The translations under genes were made by a program, and so were the position numbers. This document shows, piece after piece, positions 55,571 through 64,000 of a stretch of 64,000 bases of DNA; the stretch's first letter is position 1; every line of letters starts with the position of its first letter. Under the pieces are notes generated by a model. It saw only the letters and a program-made list of their open reading frames with translations. It ran no database searches and was not told the origin of the DNA. Source of the stretch: an uncultured Clostridium sp. (lineage in GTDB: Bacteria; Bacillota; Clostridia; TANB77; CAG-508); NCBI GenBank assembly GCA_964370905.1, contig CAYJKK010000001.1, positions 99,749 through 163,748 on the forward strand. The letters run 5' to 3'.

Positions 55571-57052
55571 TTAGTTCTTAACATTTAATTTATTAATTAT
55601 ATCATTTACTATAATTCTTTCATCAAATGAGTGTTTAACTTTATTTATTTCTTGATATGGCTCATGACCTTTTCCTGCTAAAACAATTAAATCTCTTTTA
55701 GTAGCCATTTTTATAGCTTTTTCTATTGCTACTGTTCTATCAACTTCTATTTCATATTTTCCATTTGTTTTTTTGATTCCTGCTTCAATCTCTTTAATTA
55801 TTTCTTCAGGTTTTTCAGTTCTTGGATTGTCTGATGTAATTATTGTGTAATCAGCTATTTTACCTGATATTTCTCCCATCAGTGGTCTTTTACTTGAATC
55901 TCTATCTCCACCACATCCAAATACAGAAATAACATTTCCTCTTGTATAACTTTTAACTGCTGCTAATATATTTTCCAAACTCTCTGGTGAATGAGCATAA
56001 TCTATCATTATTGGTAATTCTAATTTATTTGTTACAAGTTCTGATCTTCCTGGCACTCTTACTGTCTCTAAAGCTTCTTTTATCACTTCTGTTTCTATTC
56101 CAAAGTGATTTGCTACTGATATTGCTGCTAACGAATTGTATACACTAAATCTTCCTGGTATACAAACTTTTACTCTTTCATTTTTCCCATTTAATCTTGT
56201 TCTAAAATCTACATACATATTTGTTATTGTAATATCTCTTGCAACTATCGTAGCTTGATTATCAATACCATATGTTACAATATTACTTTCTGGAAATAAT
56301 TTTGGAATCTTAATTCCATGTATATCATCTATATTTACAATTCCATTTCTACACATATTAAATAATTTCAATTTTGATTCAAAATAGTCTTTCATATCTG
56401 GATGCTCATTTTTACTGATATGGTCTTTTGAAAAGTTAGTAAATAATACTAAATTAAATTCACAACCTGTTACTCTATGTAATTTTAAGCTTTGTGATGA
56501 GACTTCCATTACAACATATTCAATACCATTATCAACCATTTCTTTTAAAGTTTGTTGAAGCTCTAAGCTCTCTGGTGTTGTTCTATCACTTTCTCTTAAT
56601 ACTTTATTATTCATATATACTGCAATAGTTCCAATTAATCCTACTTTTTTACCAGCTTTTTCTAATATTTCTTTTACCATAAAAGTTGTTGTTGTTTTTC
56701 CTTTAGTTCCTGTAATTCCAATCAACTTTAATTTCTTTGATGGATTGCCATAAAAATTGCTTGCCATTATAGCTAAACCTTCTCTTGTACTATCCATTGC
56801 AACAATAGTTATATTCTCAGATATTTTTAATTTTTTCATATCTGTACTTTTTTCTATAACAACTGCTACTGCTCCTTTTTCTATTGCTTTTTCTATGTAT
56901 TCATGACCATCTGCTGAAAATCCTTTTATTGCTACAAATACATTTCCTTTTACTATTTTTTCCGAATTACTTTCTATTCCTGTAATTTCTAAATCTAAAT
57001 CTCCTTTTGCTGCTAATCCGTTTAGTCCAACAAGCATATTTTTTAATTTCAT
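55571..57052 (-). CDS. murE: UDP-MurNAc-L-Ala-D-Glu:meso-DAP ligase MurE
   Basis: 493 aa with GITGTKGKTTT. The DNPR motif (SDNPRTE) suggests DAP specificity. Confidence 0.85.
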   Translation of the reverse strand: MKLKNMLVGLNGLAAKGDLDLEITGIESNSEKIVKGNVFVAIKGFSADGHEYIEKAIEKGAVAVVIEKSTDMKKLKISENITIVAMDSTREGLAIMASNFYGNPSKKLKLIGITGTKGKTTTTFMVKEILEKAGKKVGLIGTIAVYMNNKVLRESDRTTPESLELQQTLKEMVDNGIEYVVMEVSSQSLKLHRVTGCEFNLVLFTNFSKDHISKNEHPDMKDYFESKLKLFNMCRNGIVNIDDIHGIKIPKLFPESNIVTYGIDNQATIVARDITITNMYVDFRTRLNGKNERVKVCIPGRFSVYNSLAAISVANHFGIETEVIKEALETVRVPGRSELVTNKLELPIMIDYAHSPESLENILAAVKSYTRGNVISVFGCGGDRDSSKRPLMGEISGKIADYTIITSDNPRTEKPEEIIKEIEAGIKKTNGKYEIEVDRTVAIEKAIKMATKRDLIVLAGKGHEPYQEINKVKHSFDERIIVNDIINKLNVKN

Positions 57053-57202
57053 ATTTTAATCCTCTCGATCTTTAATTTTTAACTGTCCGTAAATTATTCC
57101 AGGCAATTTAAGTACATTATATATCTTATTAAAGTTTTTGTATAGATTTTTAGATAATTTTTTGATATTTTTCATCAGTTTTTTTAGTAAATTTATCTAC
57201 TT

Positions 57203-59179
57203 CTAATTTATGTATACATTTGTCCCTTTATTTACGGTTATTCCTTTTTTAGGAATCTGATTTGTTACTAATGTTTCTTTTTTTTGTTCTATATCTAATT
57301 CATTTTCATTTACCAAAATCAATCCACTTTCTATCAATATTTTTTCTGCTTCTTCTACGGATAAGCCTATTATATCTGGTACTATAATAGTTTGAACTTC
57401 GTTTTGATTATTGTTTTCGATTTCCATATATGGTAATACTTCACTAAAAATCTGTCCTGCTACGGGTGCAGCTACTCCACCTCCTTGATGTCCACCTTCA
57501 CCTGTAGGATTATATAAAGTTATTAATAATACTATTTCTGGATTTTGGATTGATGCAACACCAATAAAAGATGTTACATATTTATTAGTATTTACTCCAT
57601 CTTCTGATGTTCCAGTTTTCCCTCCTATTTCATAACCTAAAACTTGTGCATTTTTCGCGGTTCCTTCTGATACAACAGAATGTAACATGCTCAAAATACT
57701 TTGAGATGTTGTATCTGAAATATTAACTTTTGTACTTTCTACTGGTATATCTACTATTTCATTTGTTTGACTGTCTATTATTTGTTTAACAACTCTTGGC
57801 TCAACTAGATTCCCACCATTAACCATTGATGACACTGCAGTTACAAGCTGGATAGGCGTTATTTCAAATCTTTGACCAAAACTAATTGTAGCAAGTTCAA
57901 CTGGTCCTACTTTTTCTTCTGCTAAAAATATACTTCCAGCTTCTCCTGGTATATCTATTCCTGTTTTTTCTAATAATCCAAATTCTTGAAGATATTTATA
58001 ATATGTATTTTTTCCAATTTGTTGGCCTAAACCGATAAATACTGGATTACATGAATTCATTAAAGCTTCTCTTAAACTTTGTGATCCGTGCGGGTTATAG
58101 TATCTCCAACACTTAATATTTACTCCAGCTATATTTATTGATCCTCCACAATTAAATTCCCCAGCTTTATCTACTTCAGTTATTCCTTCCTCTAAAGCTA
58201 CTGCTGCTGTTATTATTTTAAAAGTTGATCCTGGCTCATATGTATCAGATACACTCTTATTTCTCCAAACTGATTGAAGCATTGTAGTTTTTTGACTACT
58301 TTCCATAGTATCCCATACTAGTTCTAATTCTTCTGTATATGCATTATACGGATTATTAAGGTCATATGATGGATAATTCGCCATTGCTAATATATCTCCA
58401 TTTTGTGGATTCATGGCAATTATACTTCCACCATCTGTACACACATTGTCTATACATGCTTCTTTCAAATATTTCTCTACAATAGACTGAATCGTATAAT
58501 CTATTGTTAAGACTAAATCATTCCCTGAAATCGCTGGAACATACGTCTCTCCTTCATCTCCAATTTCATAACCCCTTGCATCTGTTTGCTTAACAATATA
58601 CCCTTTTTCACCTTTTAATTCTGAATCATACCACGCTTCTATTCCATCTAGTCCTTGATTATCTGATCCTACGAATCCAATAACTTGTGAAGCAAAATTA
58701 GAATATGGGTAATATCTTTTGGTATCTTCATCTATATTTATTCCATATTCGATATTATTCTCTACCATCCAAATCCTTAACTCATCTGTTTTTTCTTTTT
58801 CTACTCTTTTAATTATTGTTTCTGACGAACTATTGCGATTTACTTTAGTTAACATACTTTCATAGTCTAATTCAAATATCTGACTTAGTGCTAATGCTAC
58901 TTTTTCTTTATTTTCTTTTTTTATATTATTAGGATTTATCGTAATCGTTTCTACAGTACTACTTATTGCTAAAACTTTTTCACCTGTTGCATCATATATT
59001 GTTCCTCTTTTAGCATTTATCCCTCTATTTATTGTTTGTTGTTCATATGCAAGTTCACTAAGCCACTTTCCATCTACCATTTGTATTATACCTATTCTAA
59101 CTAATAGGCATGAAAATATAAAGAAATAGAAGAAAAGCAAATTTTTCATTTTTTTCTTATCAGATAATTTTAATGACAC
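57203..59179 (-). CDS. Class B penicillin-binding protein with C-terminal PASTA domain (SpoVD/FtsI-type), GTG start
   Basis: 658 aa with STFK (EPGSTFKI), SCN (MNSCN) and KTGT boxes, plus a C-terminal PASTA (VPDIIGLSVEEAEKIL). Confidence 0.85.
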   Translation of the reverse strand: MSLKLSDKKKMKNLLFFYFFIFSCLLVRIGIIQMVDGKWLSELAYEQQTINRGINAKRGTIYDATGEKVLAISSTVETITINPNNIKKENKEKVALALSQIFELDYESMLTKVNRNSSSETIIKRVEKEKTDELRIWMVENNIEYGINIDEDTKRYYPYSNFASQVIGFVGSDNQGLDGIEAWYDSELKGEKGYIVKQTDARGYEIGDEGETYVPAISGNDLVLTIDYTIQSIVEKYLKEACIDNVCTDGGSIIAMNPQNGDILAMANYPSYDLNNPYNAYTEELELVWDTMESSQKTTMLQSVWRNKSVSDTYEPGSTFKIITAAVALEEGITEVDKAGEFNCGGSINIAGVNIKCWRYYNPHGSQSLREALMNSCNPVFIGLGQQIGKNTYYKYLQEFGLLEKTGIDIPGEAGSIFLAEEKVGPVELATISFGQRFEITPIQLVTAVSSMVNGGNLVEPRVVKQIIDSQTNEIVDIPVESTKVNISDTTSQSILSMLHSVVSEGTAKNAQVLGYEIGGKTGTSEDGVNTNKYVTSFIGVASIQNPEIVLLITLYNPTGEGGHQGGGVAAPVAGQIFSEVLPYMEIENNNQNEVQTIIVPDIIGLSVEEAEKILIESGLILVNENELDIEQKKETLVTNQIPKKGITVNKGTNVYIN

Positions 59180-59195
59180 ATTATCACCTCTGTTA

Positions 59196-59223
59196 ATTTT
59201 ATGAGCAAATTTAGTTTTTATTC
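59196..59223 (-). promoter_or_regulatory. Sigma-E-like promoter upstream of the PBP gene
   Basis: The minus strand reads GAATAAA-13 nt-CATAAAAT, against the sigma-E pattern kmATAww-13/14-CATACAmT. Confidence 0.35.
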
Positions 59224-59353
59224 TGCTATTTTTTCTTTTTTAGCCTAAGTATTTCCTAAATAAATTCAACTATAAATACTGTATATTAGAATGTTACAGA
59301 TGTTAATATAAAAATAAATAACATTAAAATATACAAAGTATAAAATAAAAACT

Positions 59354-59391
59354 AAAAAGTAATCTTTAATCTAATTTAAAGATTACTTTTT
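59354..59391 (-). terminator. 16-bp perfect hairpin overlapping the ftsL stop codon
   Basis: aaaaagtaatctttaa-6 nt-ttaaagattacttttt, followed by a U-rich tract on the minus strand. Confidence 0.6.
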
Positions 59392-59884
59392 AGTTAAATA
59401 TATTATCTAATAATGATTCAAACCAATTTTTATTTTCTTCAACTATTACCTCTTCTGAAGCTGATTCAATATAGTCTTTTTTAGGAAGAGTTACATATAC
59501 TGTTTGAGTGTTTGTTGCTTTTTGCATACCTAACTGTTCTTTTGCTTGTTTTTCTATATTGTTTAAATTCATACTGCTTTCAATTGAAACAGATAATTGT
59601 TCATTCTCTTTTTGGGTAACTGACAAAACATTTTTTAAATCTTGTATTTCTGAAAACTTTTCGTTTATTACAGAGTTTCTATAACTTATAACTAATAGAA
59701 CTGCGAAAACACCAATGACTAATAAAGTTAATCTAAACTGCCTTTTTTTCTCTTCAGCAGATACTTTAACTTCTTGTCTTGGTAATGGATTAACCACTTT
59801 CAACTCTTGTTTTTTCGCTTTTTTCTTAATCTCTGGTTCTACTTTTCTAGGACTCGTCGAGTATGAATATCTGTCTATTGCCAT
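59390..59884 (-). CDS. ftsL: FtsL/DivIC-like cell division protein
   Basis: 164 aa. Basic N-terminus, a single TM (LTLLVIGVFAVLLVISY) and a coiled coil. Its position is between rsmH and the PBP gene. Confidence 0.65.
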   Translation of the reverse strand: MAIDRYSYSTSPRKVEPEIKKKAKKQELKVVNPLPRQEVKVSAEEKKRQFRLTLLVIGVFAVLLVISYRNSVINEKFSEIQDLKNVLSVTQKENEQLSVSIESSMNLNNIEKQAKEQLGMQKATNTQTVYVTLPKKDYIESASEEVIVEENKNWFESLLDNIFN

Positions 59885-59901
59885 AAGTTATTCTTACCTC
59901 C

Positions 59902-60840
59902 TTATCTCTTTTTTTCAAATATACGTAATTTTGCACTTTTACTTCTTGTATTTTCTTCTTGCTCCTCCTTAGTTGCAATTATTGGTTTTTTATTTATCAT
60001 TTTACCTTGTGCTTTATCTTCTGCTCCACATACGCAATGAGGAAAATCTGGTGGACAATTACATTTACCTTGTTTTTCTACATATACGTTTTTTACTGCT
60101 CTATCTTCAAGTGAGTGAAAAGTTATTACACATAATCTTCCTCTACTCTCTAATACATCTATACTATTTTCTATTGTTTTTGTTAATGGTTTTATTTCAT
60201 CATTAACTTCTATTCTAATTGCTTGGAATGTTCTTTTAGCAGGATGTCCATCTTTTTGTTTTGAACGTGGTATTGAATTTTCAATTATATTTACAAGTTC
60301 TTTTGTAGTTGTTATTCTTTTAGTTTCTCTTATACTACAAATATTTCTTGCTATTTGTCTTGAAAATCTTTCTTCTCCATATTCATAAATTATATTTGCT
60401 ATTTCTTCTTCTTCATATTCATTAACAATTTTTTCAGCTGTCAAATCTTGTGTTTTATCCATTCTCATATCTAAAACATTTTCACCTAAATAACTAAAAC
60501 CTCTATTCTTTTCATCTAGCTGATATGAAGAAACACCCAAATCCAAAAGTATTCCATCAACTTTTTCTATATTTAATTCTGATAATATTTCTTTTATATC
60601 ATCATGATTTCCATGTACATATTTTACATTACTAAAATCTTTTAATCTTTCTTTTGCTGCTCTTAATGCATCTTGATCACGATCAATTCCAATTAATAAT
60701 CCATCACTCGAAAGTTTTTTTACGATCTCCAAACTATGTCCTGCTCCACCTAAAGTTCCATCTACATATATTCCATTTGGTCTTATTGCTAAACCTTCTA
60801 TACATTCTTCTAAAAGTACTGATTTATGTTTAAATTCCAA
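59902..60840 (-). CDS. rsmH: 16S rRNA m4C1402 methyltransferase RsmH (MraW), TTG start
   Basis: 312 aa. HKSVLLEECIEGL...DGTLGGAGHS. Confidence 0.9.
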   Translation of the reverse strand: MEFKHKSVLLEECIEGLAIRPNGIYVDGTLGGAGHSLEIVKKLSSDGLLIGIDRDQDALRAAKERLKDFSNVKYVHGNHDDIKEILSELNIEKVDGILLDLGVSSYQLDEKNRGFSYLGENVLDMRMDKTQDLTAEKIVNEYEEEEIANIIYEYGEERFSRQIARNICSIRETKRITTTKELVNIIENSIPRSKQKDGHPAKRTFQAIRIEVNDEIKPLTKTIENSIDVLESRGRLCVITFHSLEDRAVKNVYVEKQGKCNCPPDFPHCVCGAEDKAQGKMINKKPIIATKEEQEENTRSKSAKLRIFEKKR

Positions 60841-60878
60841 TTTCTACACCTCTTACTAATTCGATTTTAAAACTATAA

Positions 60879-60909
60879 TCAGCTGGTAATTAAAGAAACT
60901 ACCAGCTGA
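60879..60909 (-). promoter_or_regulatory. 10-bp perfect GC-containing hairpin in the mraZ-rsmH spacer
   Basis: tcagctggta-11 nt-taccagctga, ending 39 nt upstream of the rsmH start. Confidence 0.5.
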
Positions 60910-60986
60910 ATTTATCTTAATCACATTTTTCTTTTGATTTTAATCATCATTAGTAACATTTTCTTTTATCTAATGTACTTTTAAAT

Positions 60987-61115
60987 TCTTTTGTACATTT
61001 TATTCTTTTGTATTTTTATCTTTTGTTTTTTATTTTACTTATCTTTTGTTTTATTAATTTTTATCTTTTGTTTTTTATTTTTAATAATTTTATCTTTTGT
61101 ACTTTTTTCTTTTGT
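60987..61115. repeat. Seven exact copies of TCTTTTGT (ACAAAAGA on the coding strand) plus near-copies
   Basis: Copies start at 60987, 61004, 61019, 61042, 61064, 61093 and 61108. Near-copies lie at 60929 and 60962. Confidence 0.9.
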
Positions 61116-61135
61116 TTTATATAAACTTTTTCAAG

Positions 61136-61561
61136 TTATATACCTAACATTGTCATGTTTTCTGCTATATCATCTACTGAAATGTCTTCATCACATTTAT
61201 TCCATGTTTGTTTGTCCCAGATTTCTAATCTAGTACCTACTCCAATTATTATTACTTCTTTTTCTAAGTTTGCTGCTACTCTTAAGTTACTTGGTAGTAA
61301 AAACCTACCTTGCTTATCTAGTTCACACTCAGTTGCTCCAGATAGAAAGAATCTTACAAAGTTTCTTGCATTTTTATCAGATAATGGTAATGATTTTAAT
61401 TTCGATTCAAAATTTAACCATTCCCCTTGTGAAAAAGCAAATAAGCATCCATCTAACCCTTTAGTTACTATAAATTTTTCTCCCATGTCTTGTCTTAATT
61501 TTGACGGCATTATTATTCTACCTTTAACATCTAAAGAATGTTCATATTCTCCTATTAACAA
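61136..61561 (-). CDS. mraZ: Transcriptional regulator MraZ, TTG start
   Basis: 141 aa. [22 protein letters not shown] and a second DKQGRFLLP SpoVT-AbrB repeat. Confidence 0.9.
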   Translation of the reverse strand: MLIGEYEHSLDVKGRIIMPSKLRQDMGEKFIVTKGLDGCLFAFSQGEWLNFESKLKSLPLSDKNARNFVRFFLSGATECELDKQGRFLLPSNLRVAANLEKEVIIIGVGTRLEIWDKQTWNKCDEDISVDDIAENMTMLGI

Positions 61562-61568
61562 TTAGATT

Positions 61569-61613
61569 TCACTCCTCTCACTTTCACTCCACTTTGCACC
61601 ACTTCTCTCCACT
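61569..61613 (-). promoter_or_regulatory. Five phased AGTG(G/A) direct repeats (candidate MraZ operator)
   Basis: CCACT at 61589, 61599 and 61609 (exactly 10 bp apart) and TCACT at 61569 and 61578. They lie between the -10 and the mraZ start. Confidence 0.55.
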
Positions 61614-61621
61614 TAATTTAG

Positions 61622-61650
61622 ATTTTAATATAACTTTTCTTATTTTGCAA
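61622..61650 (-). promoter_or_regulatory. Sigma-A promoter of the dcw operon
   Basis: The minus strand reads TTGCAA-17 nt-TAAAAT. Confidence 0.5.
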
Positions 61651-61779
61651 TAGTTTTTTCAAATTTTTTTTATTTTTTTACTTTTTTATTTTTATTCTTT
61701 GCTCTTTAAATTCTTTTTTACTTTATTTATAAAAAAAGAAAAAGAAGTATAATTCTAAATTACACTTCTTTTTCTTGCT

Positions 61780-63120
<1,341 letters not shown>

Positions 63121-63254
63121 TTATTTTTCAACAAAAAACTTTCATTTTTTATGTAACCTTCGTTTTTTTATATAAAAATACCTATGTAAAATGCATAAAA
63201 TTGTTCTAACAACATATATTTATATTATATTTTAATATAAAGGTAGGTATTTTT

Positions 63255-63731
63255 ATGGCTATTAATTTCAAAAAACTAATTTTTTCAATTTTATTACCTA
63301 TTATTCCTTCATTTATTATTAGTATGATTAGTGATCCTTCTAGTACTTTTGACAAATTGGTTTTACCTTCTTTTTCACCACCTGCACCTACATTTGGTAT
63401 TGTCTGGACTATTTTATATGTATTAATGGGTATATCTAGTTATTTAGTTCTAACAACTGATACTAACGATAAAAAAGCACAACAAACTGGATTAATATTG
63501 TACTTTATTCAACTTGTTCTAAATTTTTTATGGACTCCTATATTTTTTGGTTTAGAAATGTATCTACTTGGCTCTATATGGATTTTAATCATGATAGTTT
63601 TTGTTATTTTTATGATTATAAATTTTTCAAGAGTTAATAAATATGCTGCCATTCTTCAATTGCCTTATCTTATCTGGTTAATTTTTGCTGCATATTTAAG
63701 TTTTTCTATATATTTTTTAAATGTAGCTTAG
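63255..63731 (+). CDS. tspO: TspO/MBR-family tryptophan-rich sensory protein
   Basis: 158 aa with 5 TM segments. PPAPTFGIVWTILYVLMG...FLWTPIFFG. Confidence 0.8.
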   Translation: MAINFKKLIFSILLPIIPSFIISMISDPSSTFDKLVLPSFSPPAPTFGIVWTILYVLMGISSYLVLTTDTNDKKAQQTGLILYFIQLVLNFLWTPIFFGLEMYLLGSIWILIMIVFVIFMIINFSRVNKYAAILQLPYLIWLIFAAYLSFSIYFLNVA

Positions 63732-63752
63732 AGATTCTCAGCTACATTTTTT
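63721..63752 (+). terminator. tspO terminator
   Basis: atgtagct-11 nt-agctacat followed by a run of 6 T. The stem overlaps the stop codon. Confidence 0.65.
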
Positions 63753-63789
63753 ATGCTAAATAAAATTAAAGGAACTTAACTAAGCTCCT

Positions 63790-64000
63790 TTACTCTTGTA
63801 TTGTAGTACTAGTTGCACCTTTACCCACTACTGATTCTTGAAGTGATCTCCATGTATTACATCCCACAACTCCATCTTGAGTTAATCCAATTGATTTTTG
63901 ATATTCTTTTACTGCGTTTTCTGTTTGTGCTCCAAATATCCCATCTAACCCACCTGTTCTATATCCTAGGGTATTTAAATTATCTTGCAATATTAAAACA
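63790..64000 (-). CDS. Peptidoglycan-binding (PG_binding_1) domain protein, C-terminal part; 5' end lies beyond the window
   Basis: LQDNLNTLGYRTGGLDGIFGAQTENAVKEYQKSIGLTQDGVVG. The frame stays open to position 64000, so the track's TTG start is probably internal. Confidence 0.65.
   Translation of the reverse strand, partial: VLILQDNLNTLGYRTGGLDGIFGAQTENAVKEYQKSIGLTQDGVVGCNTWRSLQESVVGKGATSTTIQE

Noticed and set aside
60991-61233. 80-aa plus-strand ORF (MYILFFCIFIFCFLF...) in the mraZ-rsmH spacer.
   Set aside because: It is an artefact of translating the T-rich TCTTTTGT repeat region. It has no RBS and runs into the mraZ antisense strand.

Overview
This is a very AT-rich chromosomal segment from a low-GC, endospore-lineage Firmicute (Clostridia-like). 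I count about 68 protein genes, mostly on the minus strand. I found no rRNA, tRNA, CRISPR array, transposase or integrase.

Layout:
- 1-385: truncated ROK kinase.
- 0.5-9.9 kb: complete type IV pilus cluster (pilMN-pilO-orf-pilA-pilD-2 minor pilins-pilB-pilT-pilC).
- 10.1-13.7 kb: rsmB, then dodecin-spoVAC/AD/AE.
- 13.8-17.7 kb: an accessory operon with two SipW-type signal peptidases bracketing two paralogous TasA/camelysin-like secreted proteins, plus an orphan acidic protein.
- 17.9-19.2 kb: infC-rpmI-rplT with an L20-leader-like attenuator.
- 19-31 kb: housekeeping genes (serS, engB, gltX, RNase J, fadD/tetR).
- 31-37 kb: Lon-like AAA+ protease, DUF4363/DUF421 pair, and a UDP-sugar pyrophosphorylase next to a hexapeptide protein.
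- 37.5-39.0 kb: spoIVA, broken by a 1-nt frameshift.
- 39.1-39.4 kb: an unannotated convergent small-RNA / 53-aa hydrophobic peptide pair, a type I toxin-antitoxin candidate.
- 39.5-50 kb: proS (no INS domain), scpB, a 4-subunit 2-oxoacid:ferredoxin oxidoreductase operon, ferredoxin, yaaT, holB.
- 50-61.6 kb: dcw cluster (mraZ-rsmH-ftsL-spoVD/ftsI-murE-mraY-ftsW-murG) ending in an orphan histidine kinase and lepB.
- 61.8-64 kb: purA, tspO, and a truncated PG-binding protein.

The leads I rate highest:
1. The dual-SipW/TasA-like fibre locus.
2. A perfect 29-bp inverted repeat built of 11-bp tandem units. It sits just upstream of the promoters of both surface-filament operons (pilus and TasA-like). 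A palindromic version of the same core lies upstream of an orphan gene.
3. The type I TA candidate.
4. The spoIVA frameshift.
5. A 295-bp mraZ-rsmH spacer packed with ACAAAAGA repeats.

All functional calls rest on my reading of motifs in the translations. No database search was run.
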